Shown: positions 1-6,795 of the stretch, in pieces
How the letters are laid out: each line of letters opens with the position of its first letter
Numbering within the stretch: the stretch's first letter is position 1
Origin: Acetivibrionales bacterium
GTDB taxonomy: Bacteria > Bacillota > Clostridia > Acetivibrionales > JBMNNH01
Assembly: GCA_050953835.1 (NCBI GenBank)
Contig: JBMNNH010000008.1
Location: 41,013-105,012, forward strand
Length of the DNA stretch: 64,000 nucleotides
Reading direction: 5' to 3'
Notes under the pieces: generated by a model
The model's database searches: none
What the model saw: only the letters and a program-made list of their open reading frames with translations
What the model was told of the DNA's origin: nothing
Translations under genes and position numbers: made by a program

Positions 1-625
1 TTGCAGAACCTCCTGTTGCAAGAATCACGGCTGTTAATGGGTTTTTCATGAGCTCTTCCGTAGCTTCCATAGTACATATATCCATACATCCAATAATGCC
101 TTTGGGTGCTCCTGCTGATAACGCTGCCTCTTCCATAATGCGGGCTGCTTCCATTGAACATTTCACCGCTCTGGGATGGGGTGAAAATACTATTCCGTTT
201 CTGGCTTTAAGAGATATAATAGATTTAAACATAACCGTTGATGTGGGATTGGTGGTAGGAATAATCCCTGCAATTACACCAACCGGTTCTGCAATCTCAA
301 CAATCTTCCTTGTTATATCCTCGTTTATGATTCCAGCGGTACGTATACCTTTAATATATTCGAATACATTTTTTGTGGCGAATTGGTTTTTTACAGTTTT
401 ATCATCCACAACTCCGAACCCTGTTTCTTCTACAGCCATTAAAGCCAGGCGCCTTGAATTTTCATAGCCTGCCAAAGCCATAGCTTCAACTATTTTGTCA
501 ACCTTTCCCTGATTGAATTGGGCAAATATCTCCTGGGCAGCCTTAGCCTTCTTCAACAAATCCCGTACCTTTTGTATGGAAAGAATGTCTTTGTCAAAAT
601 TACTGCTGTTATATAAATTATCCAC
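1..625 (-). CDS. CoA-acylating aldehyde dehydrogenase (PduP/EutE family), N-terminal part; gene runs off the left edge
   Basis: Absent from the ORF track (no stop inside the window). The minus-strand frame opens after TGA at 632-634. GTG at 625 has GAGGGA about 11 nt upstream. It reads VDNLYNSS..KAKAAQEIFAQFNQGKVDKIVEAM..EETGFGVVDDKTVKN..IAEPVGVIAGIIPTTNPTSTV..ARNGIVFSPHPRA, the N-terminal layout of BMC-type acylating AldDH. The + ORF 48..467 is its antisense shadow. Confidence 0.85.
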   Translation of the reverse strand, partial: MDNLYNSSNFDKDILSIQKVRDLLKKAKAAQEIFAQFNQGKVDKIVEAMALAGYENSRRLALMAVEETGFGVVDDKTVKNQFATKNVFEYIKGIRTAGIINEDITRKIVEIAEPVGVIAGIIPTTNPTSTVMFKSIISLKARNGIVFSPHPRAVKCSMEAARIMEEAALSAGAPKGIIGCMDICTMEATEELMKNPLTAVILATGGSA

Positions 626-640
626 AATAAATCACATCCC

Positions 641-1444
641 TCAATAACCTGACTTAATAGCACTCTGGGGACTATTTCCTTTTACAATTGCAATTCCCGA
701 ACTTGTGCCAAGTCTTGTGGCCCCCGCTTTTATCAATCTGTCTGCATCCTCACGGGTCTTTATCCCGGTTGATCCCTTAACCTGAACATCAGGTCCTACA
801 GTCTTCTTCATCAGTGAAATGTCTTCAGGGGTTGCGGCTCCCGGGGCCATTCCAGTACAGGTTTTTACAAAATCAGCCCCCGCATTTTTAGCCAAAAGGC
901 ATGCCTTGACTTTTTCTTCATCGGACAACAGTCCTGTTTCAATTATTACCTTAACCAGAGCCTGCTTAGCGGCTGCATCTACCACTGCCTTAATATCTTT
1001 TGAAACAAGGTCGTAGTCTCCGTCCTTCAATGCCCCGATATTTATAACCATATCAACCTCTTGAGCTCCGTTTGCAATTGCGTCCCTTACCTCCGCAGCT
1101 TTAACAAAGGGCGTATTAGCTCCCAATGGGAAACCTATGACCGTGCAAACCTTTACACCGCTTCCTCTTAATAATTCGGCGCAATAACGTACATGTGTCG
1201 GGTTGACACATACAGAAGCGAAGCCATACTCCTTTGCCTCATTGCAAAATCTCTCAATTGTCTTTCTGCTAGTATCAGGTTTTAATACAGTATGGTCGAT
1301 ATATTTCGAATATTCCCTGTTCTCACTGCGCATCTGGAACCCAAATCCGGTACCATCAAGCTTATACTGGCCGGACTGTCCCAGTTCTCTTATTACTTCC
1401 CGGGTAATTTCCTCAATTAAACTTTTAACTTCCATAACTGCCAC
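641..1444 (-). CDS. deoC: deoxyribose-phosphate aldolase (DeoC/DERA class I aldolase) with ~45-aa N-terminal extension
   Basis: 267 aa. The core [67 protein letters not shown] matches DeoC. The first ~45 aa ([26 protein letters not shown]..) are extra relative to stand-alone DeoC. Confidence 0.9.
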   Translation of the reverse strand: MAVMEVKSLIEEITREVIRELGQSGQYKLDGTGFGFQMRSENREYSKYIDHTVLKPDTSRKTIERFCNEAKEYGFASVCVNPTHVRYCAELLRGSGVKVCTVIGFPLGANTPFVKAAEVRDAIANGAQEVDMVINIGALKDGDYDLVSKDIKAVVDAAAKQALVKVIIETGLLSDEEKVKACLLAKNAGADFVKTCTGMAPGAATPEDISLMKKTVGPDVQVKGSTGIKTREDADRLIKAGATRLGTSSGIAIVKGNSPQSAIKSGY

Positions 1445-1540
1445 CTCACAACATGTTCTTTTTATTTACAAGCGTATAAACACTTAATACTACTTTATTA
1501 ATCAGCGATGGAAACAAAGTAGTACTGAGCTGTATAAGCT

Positions 1541-1837
1541 TTAGGCAAGCTTTAAGAATCCTTTAGTGGTTGAGATCTCGTCAACAATTCCGGCTAAAGC
1601 AATATCTACAGGAGCTAGCTGATTGTCAGCCCTTATCACCTGCCGTGCAGACCTTCCCTCAGCAATTGCAATTACAACATCTCCAATTCCCGCGCCCACT
1701 CCATCCACGGCAAGAACCTCAGCTCCTGCAGCCTCTCCATTCACATCGATAGGTTGTATAAGCAAAAGCTTATGCCCAATCAAGTTTGCATTTTTTTGCG
1801 TTGCAACTATATTCCCGACAACTCTGGCAAGAATCAT
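1541..1837 (-). CDS. BMC vertex (pentamer) protein, EutN/CcmL/PduN family, copy 3
   Basis: The track ORF (138 aa) starts at an upstream in-frame codon that would overlap the preceding gene. ATG at 1837 has GGGGGAG 4 nt upstream and gives 98 aa: MILARVVGNIVATQK..LLLIQPID..AVDGVGAGIGDVVIAIAEG..D.ALAGIVD, a BMC-P pattern. Confidence 0.85.
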   Translation of the reverse strand: MILARVVGNIVATQKNANLIGHKLLLIQPIDVNGEAAGAEVLAVDGVGAGIGDVVIAIAEGRSARQVIRADNQLAPVDIALAGIVDEISTTKGFLKLA

Positions 1838-1931
1838 ACTACTCCCCCACACTTCATAAGAATAAAGGCGGCTTCGCCACTTTTGCATGCACATGTGCCT
1901 TTCCAACCCGGGTAATAAAAAACACTGTGCT

Positions 1932-2198
1932 TCACGGCCGGTATACTGAATCAACAATTCCTATAATGCCAGCATCAGCACAGGCATTGGGATCCGGCAG
2001 CGGCATTGCACCCTCTTTACTCCGGGCATAAAATATTAATTCCCCATACCCCGCACCTATTGTATCAACTGCCACAATAGGATTGCCCTGCCGGTTGCCT
2101 GCTGAATCCACAGGCTGAATGACCAGTAGTTTTATTCCTTCAAGCCTTTCATCTTTATATGTAGCTACAGCACTTCCGATCACCTTCGCAAGATGCAT
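1932..2198 (-). CDS. BMC vertex (pentamer) protein, EutN/CcmL/PduN family, copy 2
   Basis: 88 aa: MHLAKVIGSAVATYKDERLEGIKLLVIQPVD..AVDTIGAGYGELI..AGIIGIVD. Same fold signature as its neighbours. Confidence 0.85.
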   Translation of the reverse strand: MHLAKVIGSAVATYKDERLEGIKLLVIQPVDSAGNRQGNPIVAVDTIGAGYGELIFYARSKEGAMPLPDPNACADAGIIGIVDSVYRP

Positions 2199-2200
2199 TT

Positions 2201-2503
2201 CTATATCCTCCTGTGCTTGTCGTACACCCTCTTGCCTTCTATATCAATATAATCAAGAATTCCCATTATTGTTGCATCAACAGGTGTACCGTTTGTAACG
2301 TTGGTTTGTCTAGCTGAGCTTCCTGTTACTACAAGAACAATTTCAGAAACCCCAGCACCAACAGCATCAATGGCTACAACTGGTTTTCCCTCCTCCTGAA
2401 GATTAAGAAGGCTTACAGGCTGAACAACCTGCATCTTTTTACCATTAAGTTTTTCATCCTTGGTAGTACAGACAACCGTCCCTATTACTTTTGCAGCATA
2501 CAT
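2201..2503 (-). CDS. BMC vertex (pentamer) protein, EutN/CcmL/PduN family, copy 1
   Basis: 100 aa: MYAAKVIGTVVCTTKDEKLNGKKMQVVQPV..AIDAVGAGVSEIVLVVTGSSAR..DATIMGILD. Confidence 0.85.
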   Translation of the reverse strand: MYAAKVIGTVVCTTKDEKLNGKKMQVVQPVSLLNLQEEGKPVVAIDAVGAGVSEIVLVVTGSSARQTNVTNGTPVDATIMGILDYIDIEGKRVYDKHRRI

Positions 2504-2603
2504 TTAAGGGCCTCCTTTTGCAATATTATGCCCGGGCAAGTGTTAAGCCACCAAGCCTAGTAACACCAGTTGTCAGAATAAACTAGCACAACCCACAGTT
2601 AAA

Positions 2604-3665
2604 TTAGAATTTATACATTTCAATAAACTTATCGAAGAATTCTTTGTTTATCACATATCTTGAAATCTGTCTGTCCCAAATTTTTGCCATTTCTGCCGCC
2701 AGCTTCTTGGGCGAATTAAGGAAAGCATCTGTTGAGCCTCCTGCCATATGAGGTGTTACAGTTACGTTTTTCAATGAAAGGAGAGGATAATCCTTTCCCG
2801 GAGGTTCAACATCAAACACATCCAGCGCTGCCCCTGCTATTTTGCCTTCACTCAACACTTCATACAATGCGGCTTCATCAACAAGTGCAGACCTTGAGGT
2901 GTTTATAAGATATGCTTGCGGCTTCATATGTTGCAGCATTTCCCTGTTTATAAGCTTTTCCGTTTCCTTTGTAAGCCTTGCATGAATTGTCACAAAATCT
3001 GATTCTCTCATCACATCTTCAAGAGAAACACATTCTACCCCATAGGGGACATCCTTCGCATATGGATCATAGCCAATAAGATTGACATCAAAACCTATGA
3101 GCCTTTTTGCCACCTTAAGGCCTATTTCTCCCAGGCCTACTATCCCTACCGTCTTGCCTGGCAAGTCAGGTATATAATCGGAATTTGGATAAATCCTTGT
3201 CCACTTCCCATTTTTTAAATCATTATGACCTCTTGCAATATTCCTGCATTCGGCAATCATCAAGCCAACTGTAAAATCAGCAACGGCATCAGAATTCCTG
3301 CCGGGTGTATTGAAGACCAGAATATTTTTTTCCTCAGCATACTTTAAATTAATATTTTCATAACCAGCCCTTAATACCCCTATTATTTTCAAGCTCTTGC
3401 ATATATCTATCATCTTCTTTGTTATTGTACAAAACTCTGTAATTATTATGTCTGCATTTTCCACAGCATCAATTATATACTGGGGCGGTTCATATGCATC
3501 GCTTCCACCATTTTCAACCAGAAGGTTAATGTTCTGGAGTTCCTGAAAATCCTTCAGTTGCCAGTCAACAGCATTAATCTCCACTCCCAGCCTTTCAAGA
3601 GGCTTAAACCCTTTCGTTATATACTCCTTTGGAATAAATAAATCTCCAATACCGACAAGCTTCAT
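2604..3665 (-). CDS. D-isomer-specific 2-hydroxyacid dehydrogenase family protein (NAD-binding)
   Basis: Nucleotide fold GIVGLGEIGLKVAKRL, plus HARLTKET and PHMAG regions typical of the family. The track start is TTG at 3683. ATG at 3665 has GGGGGTG 5 nt upstream and is preferred. Confidence 0.8.
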   Translation of the reverse strand: MKLVGIGDLFIPKEYITKGFKPLERLGVEINAVDWQLKDFQELQNINLLVENGGSDAYEPPQYIIDAVENADIIITEFCTITKKMIDICKSLKIIGVLRAGYENINLKYAEEKNILVFNTPGRNSDAVADFTVGLMIAECRNIARGHNDLKNGKWTRIYPNSDYIPDLPGKTVGIVGLGEIGLKVAKRLIGFDVNLIGYDPYAKDVPYGVECVSLEDVMRESDFVTIHARLTKETEKLINREMLQHMKPQAYLINTSRSALVDEAALYEVLSEGKIAGAALDVFDVEPPGKDYPLLSLKNVTVTPHMAGGSTDAFLNSPKKLAAEMAKIWDRQISRYVINKEFFDKFIEMYKF

Positions 3666-3756
3666 TACTGCACCCCCAAACAAGAATTTGCCACACTTGC
3701 ATAGCTGTTAATATCCAGTTGTTGGTATGAATCGATTTATTAGTGTCTTTATATTT

Positions 3757-4806
3757 CTACGGAACAAGCACTATTTTTACTGCATTGCCCCCTTTTATCT
3801 CATTCATTGCATCGTGAAATTTTTCCATAGGCATCCTGTGTGTAATCAGCGGCCTGAACCTGTCGGGATTGGCTTTAAGAAGCCTGACTGCTTCTTCAAC
3901 ATGCTTTACTGTTGAGTCGGATGTTCCGAAAACAATGAGTTCGTTATAGTGTATTGTCCTGCTGTTAATATTCAGGATTTCATCGCCTACAGGAAGACTT
4001 GCAAAAAATGATACATACCCCCCTTTTCTTGCATACATGGGTGCTTTTCCCTGCACCTCATTACTTGGTGCCGTTATTACAACAAGATCAAAACCCTCCT
4101 GTCCTGATAAATCCTTATATTCATTGTCGATATCCTTCGGCTGTAGCACTGTGAATCCCATTTTCTCAGCTATCTCGGTTCTTTTCCCCGGGAATTCCAC
4201 ACAGCAAATATTTTCCACTCCTCTTGCCTTCAGGGTTACAGAATGCAGCATTCCTAAAGGACCAAGCCCTAAAACCAAAGCTGATTCTATTTTATCAATG
4301 GGTATGCGGCTGAGCCCATTAATAACACAGGATAAAGGTTCGCTCAACGCAGCAACATCAGCATCCAGGTTTCCAACTTCTACAAGATGCTTTTGCCGTA
4401 CCGCCTTAGCCGGTATCCTGATATAGGGAGCCATGGCACCAGGATAATTAAATCCCATTGCTTCAGCCTTCCTGCATAAGTTTGTCCTTCCCTGTCTGCA
4501 ATAAACACATTCACCGCAACCTATTGTTGTGGCCATTGTTACTCTCTGACCGGGTGTATAGCACTCTACTCCATTTCCTATTCCCGTAATTATGCCACAG
4601 AATTCATGCCCCATAACCTTTGGCGGCTGTATTCTCGGATTTCCCTTAAAGTACGACTTTATATCAGTTCCACATATAGCACAGGACTCCACCTTAACTA
4701 CAACTTCACCTTCACCAGGGGAACTAATTTCTTCAGCATTTTCAATTCTGACGTCCAGAGGGGCATAATATGCCACACACTTCCCAGCGGCAGAGATATT
4801 ACCCAT
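3757..4806 (-). CDS. Zn-dependent medium-chain alcohol/polyol dehydrogenase (sorbitol/threonine dehydrogenase-like)
   Basis: GHEFCGIITGIG, Cys cluster CGECVYCRQGRTNLC, GLGPLGML. The track start at 4866 would overlap the upstream SDR by 59 nt. ATG at 4806 sits 1 nt after the SDR stop (TGAtATG). Confidence 0.85.
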   Translation of the reverse strand: MGNISAAGKCVAYYAPLDVRIENAEEISSPGEGEVVVKVESCAICGTDIKSYFKGNPRIQPPKVMGHEFCGIITGIGNGVECYTPGQRVTMATTIGCGECVYCRQGRTNLCRKAEAMGFNYPGAMAPYIRIPAKAVRQKHLVEVGNLDADVAALSEPLSCVINGLSRIPIDKIESALVLGLGPLGMLHSVTLKARGVENICCVEFPGKRTEIAEKMGFTVLQPKDIDNEYKDLSGQEGFDLVVITAPSNEVQGKAPMYARKGGYVSFFASLPVGDEILNINSRTIHYNELIVFGTSDSTVKHVEEAVRLLKANPDRFRPLITHRMPMEKFHDAMNEIKGGNAVKIVLVP

Positions 4807-4807
4807 A

Positions 4808-5587
4808 TCAGTGCATCTCCCTTCCTCCGGTAATATTAAAGGCCTGACCGGTACAATAATCTCCATTGAGAGTCAGGAAGTACACAAACTCGACGACATC
4901 CTCAATCTGGGTCAATCTCTTGAGAGGTATCTTTGCAGTAAATTTCTTAATAACCTCTTCTCTGGAAAGACTAAGATTTTTAATATAACCCTTGCTTACT
5001 GAATCCCAAACTCCTGTTTCATCAGTTATTCCAGGGCAAACACAGTTTACATTGATATTATACTCAGCCAGTTCAAACGCCAGGGCATGAGTCAAAGCTA
5101 TAATCGCTCCTTTTGCAGCTGAATAATGTGCCATAAGTGCAGAACCGGTTTTACCTGATTTTGATGAAAAGCTGATTATCTTTCCTGCCTTGTTTTCTTT
5201 CATACCTTTTACTGCTCCTTGGATACAAAATAAACAACCGCTGACATTTACCCTCATTTGTTTATCCATCTGTTCTGCCGTAATTTCTTCGAAAGGCCGT
5301 TGGTCTACTATACCAGCATTGTTGACTAACGCATAGACCGGACCCATTTGATTGTAAATCTCATCAAAACAATTTAATACCTTTTCACGATCGGTGATAT
5401 CCAATACATATGCTTTAACTTTATAGCCTTCTTTTGCAAGGCGTTCAGCCTGGTTGACAACCTCTGGGTTTATATCAATCATAACCACCCTTGCTCCATC
5501 TTTGCAATATCTTTCCGAAATAGCAAGGCCTATGCTCCTTGCCGCCCCTGTAACAACACATACTTTTTCTTTTAATGAAACACCCAT
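4808..5587 (-). CDS. short-chain dehydrogenase, sorbitol-6-phosphate dehydrogenase (SrlD)-like
   Basis: TGAARSIG, SSKSGKTG..YSAAKGA (YxxxK), and C-terminal KIPLKR..YCTGQAFNITGG parallel E. coli SrlD as recalled from memory. RBS AGGAGGGG lies upstream of the ATG. Confidence 0.8.
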   Translation of the reverse strand: MGVSLKEKVCVVTGAARSIGLAISERYCKDGARVVMIDINPEVVNQAERLAKEGYKVKAYVLDITDREKVLNCFDEIYNQMGPVYALVNNAGIVDQRPFEEITAEQMDKQMRVNVSGCLFCIQGAVKGMKENKAGKIISFSSKSGKTGSALMAHYSAAKGAIIALTHALAFELAEYNINVNCVCPGITDETGVWDSVSKGYIKNLSLSREEVIKKFTAKIPLKRLTQIEDVVEFVYFLTLNGDYCTGQAFNITGGREMH

Positions 5588-5619
5588 TGTAACCCCTCCT
5601 GATATATAGTGCTGAGTAC

Positions 5620-5648
5620 ATTATAACTTTTTCCATAACATTTGTCAA
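5620..5648 (-). promoter_or_regulatory. internal sigma-A-type promoter P2 (TTGACA - 17 nt - TATAAT) upstream of the SDR gene
   Basis: The minus strand reads tagaTTGACAaatgttatggaaaaagtTATAATgtactc. The -35 is 5643-5648 and the -10 is 5620-5625, both perfect consensus with a 17-nt spacer. Confidence 0.7.
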
Positions 5649-5678
5649 TCTAATTTTAACTTTTTCCATAACATTTGT
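5624..5678. repeat. two perfect 22-nt direct repeats (taactttttccataacatttgt) with 33-nt period
   Basis: Copies lie at 5624-5645 and 5657-5678. On the operon strand each reads ACAAATGTTATGGAAAAAGTTA. The promoter-proximal copy fills the P2 spacer. Confidence 0.9.
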
Positions 5679-5722
5679 TAGTAATGTATTTTGTAGTTGC
5701 CCCTATATGCAATAACCATATT

Positions 5723-6520
5723 TTACTTCCCTGTTACTATTTTTATTGAACGGCTCGCTCCAATTCTATTAGCTCCTGCTTCAATTAACGCTGCCGCCGA
5801 TGTGTGATCCTTTATTCCTCCGTCTGCCTTAATACCCATTTCAGAGCCTACAACCTGCCTCATCATTTTTATATCATCAACGGTAACACCCTCCGCCCTT
5901 GAGCCCGCTGCAACTTTTAAGTACTGAGCCCCTGCCATTTTTGCAATTACACCGATTCTTACCTTTTCTTCCTCCGTCAGTAATCCAAGGTCAACTACAA
6001 CCTTTATAACCGCATTTCCTTTTGCCGCATCCACCACAGACTCAATATCATGCTTTACTGATTTGAAATCACCATACTTCAGAAGCCCAACATTAACAGG
6101 CAAATCAATTTCTGAAGCTCCCTTTTCTATTACTTCGAGGGTTTCCATAACCTTGATGCTTGTAGTAGCGGTCCCAAAAGGAAATGCCACTGCTGTTGAT
6201 ACTTTAACTCCGCTTCCTTTTAGCATACCTGCGGCAAACTGAACAAAACATGGAGACAGGCTTACATTAGCAAATCCATAAGTCACCGCTTCTTCACAAA
6301 ATTTTATTACCATGTCTGGGGTAGCATCAGGCCTTATCATTGAATGTTCAATAAGGGCAGCCATATCTCTGTCATAATCCATGTCAATATTATGGGTTTT
6401 TAATATGCTTTGTGCTGATTGATTCAAAATATTTGAATTGCTATTAATATTTGAATTACCATTATTAAGAGCCTCTTCAACAACTTCATTTACAACTGCA
6501 TCAATAATATTGGTATACAT
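5723..6520 (-). CDS. DeoC/LacD-family class I aldolase, divergent paralogue, with ~65-aa N-terminal extension
   Basis: 265 aa. The core IEHSMIRPDATPD..GFANVSLSP..STAVAFPFGT..EIDLPVNVGLLK..IKVVVDLGLL..AQYLKVAAG..RIGASRS is collinear with the DeoC at 641-1444. The N-terminus is MYTNIIDAVVNEVVEEAL followed by an Asn/Ser-rich linker. Confidence 0.8.
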   Translation of the reverse strand: MYTNIIDAVVNEVVEEALNNGNSNINSNSNILNQSAQSILKTHNIDMDYDRDMAALIEHSMIRPDATPDMVIKFCEEAVTYGFANVSLSPCFVQFAAGMLKGSGVKVSTAVAFPFGTATTSIKVMETLEVIEKGASEIDLPVNVGLLKYGDFKSVKHDIESVVDAAKGNAVIKVVVDLGLLTEEEKVRIGVIAKMAGAQYLKVAAGSRAEGVTVDDIKMMRQVVGSEMGIKADGGIKDHTSAAALIEAGANRIGASRSIKIVTGK

Positions 6521-6579
6521 ATGAAACCACCTTTCTTCTTAATAGGATACAGATTACCAGCAAATGTATAACAAAAGTT

Positions 6580-6620
6580 ATAACAATTGTTATTATACTC
6601 TCTTTTCCATTTAAATTCAA
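6580..6620 (-). promoter_or_regulatory. sigma-A-type promoter P1 (TTGAAT - 17 nt - TATAAT) with overlapping 14-bp perfect palindrome ATAACAATTGTTAT
   Basis: The minus strand reads TTGAATttaaatggaaaagagagTATAATaacaattgttataac. The -35 is 6615-6620 and the -10 is 6592-6597. The palindrome at 6580-6593 covers the expected transcription start. Confidence 0.65.
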
Positions 6621-6689
6621 GTGGATTTCATAATAATGCAACCTTTGTGTCAAATCACTGTTTGAGCAAAATAGTTGCCTTTTTTATAT

Positions 6690-6727
6690 GATTTGATATT
6701 ATTTTGCGAGTTTGATTTGACATTAAG
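6690..6727. repeat. 38-nt element, inverted copy of 21662-21699 (37/38 identical)
   Basis: The reverse complement, cttaatgtcaaatcaaactcGcaaaataatatcaaatc, matches cttaatgtcaaatcaaactcAcaaaataatatcaaatc at 21662-21699. Confidence 0.9.
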
Positions 6728-6731
6728 ATGG

Positions 6732-6760
6732 AAAAAAGCCCCGGTTAATCGGGGCTTTTT
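6732..6760 (-). terminator. bidirectional Rho-independent terminator downstream of the SLH-protein gene
   Basis: aaaaaGCCCCGgttaatCGGGGCttttt: a GC-rich 7-bp core stem flanked by A and T runs. Confidence 0.8.
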
Positions 6761-6795
6761 CATTATCTCTATGCCTTAGAGCTTAAGTATAATTA

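Noticed and set aside
48-467. 139-aa + strand ORF at the left edge
   Set aside because: Low-complexity antisense shadow of the aldehyde dehydrogenase gene. The minus-strand frame gives a clear AldDH sequence.
5475-5669. 64-aa ORF beginning MEKVKIRLTNVMEKV in the deoC-SDR gap
   Set aside because: Its repeated MEKV comes from the 22-nt DNA direct repeat. It overlaps the SDR start out of frame. It is better explained as promoter/operator DNA.
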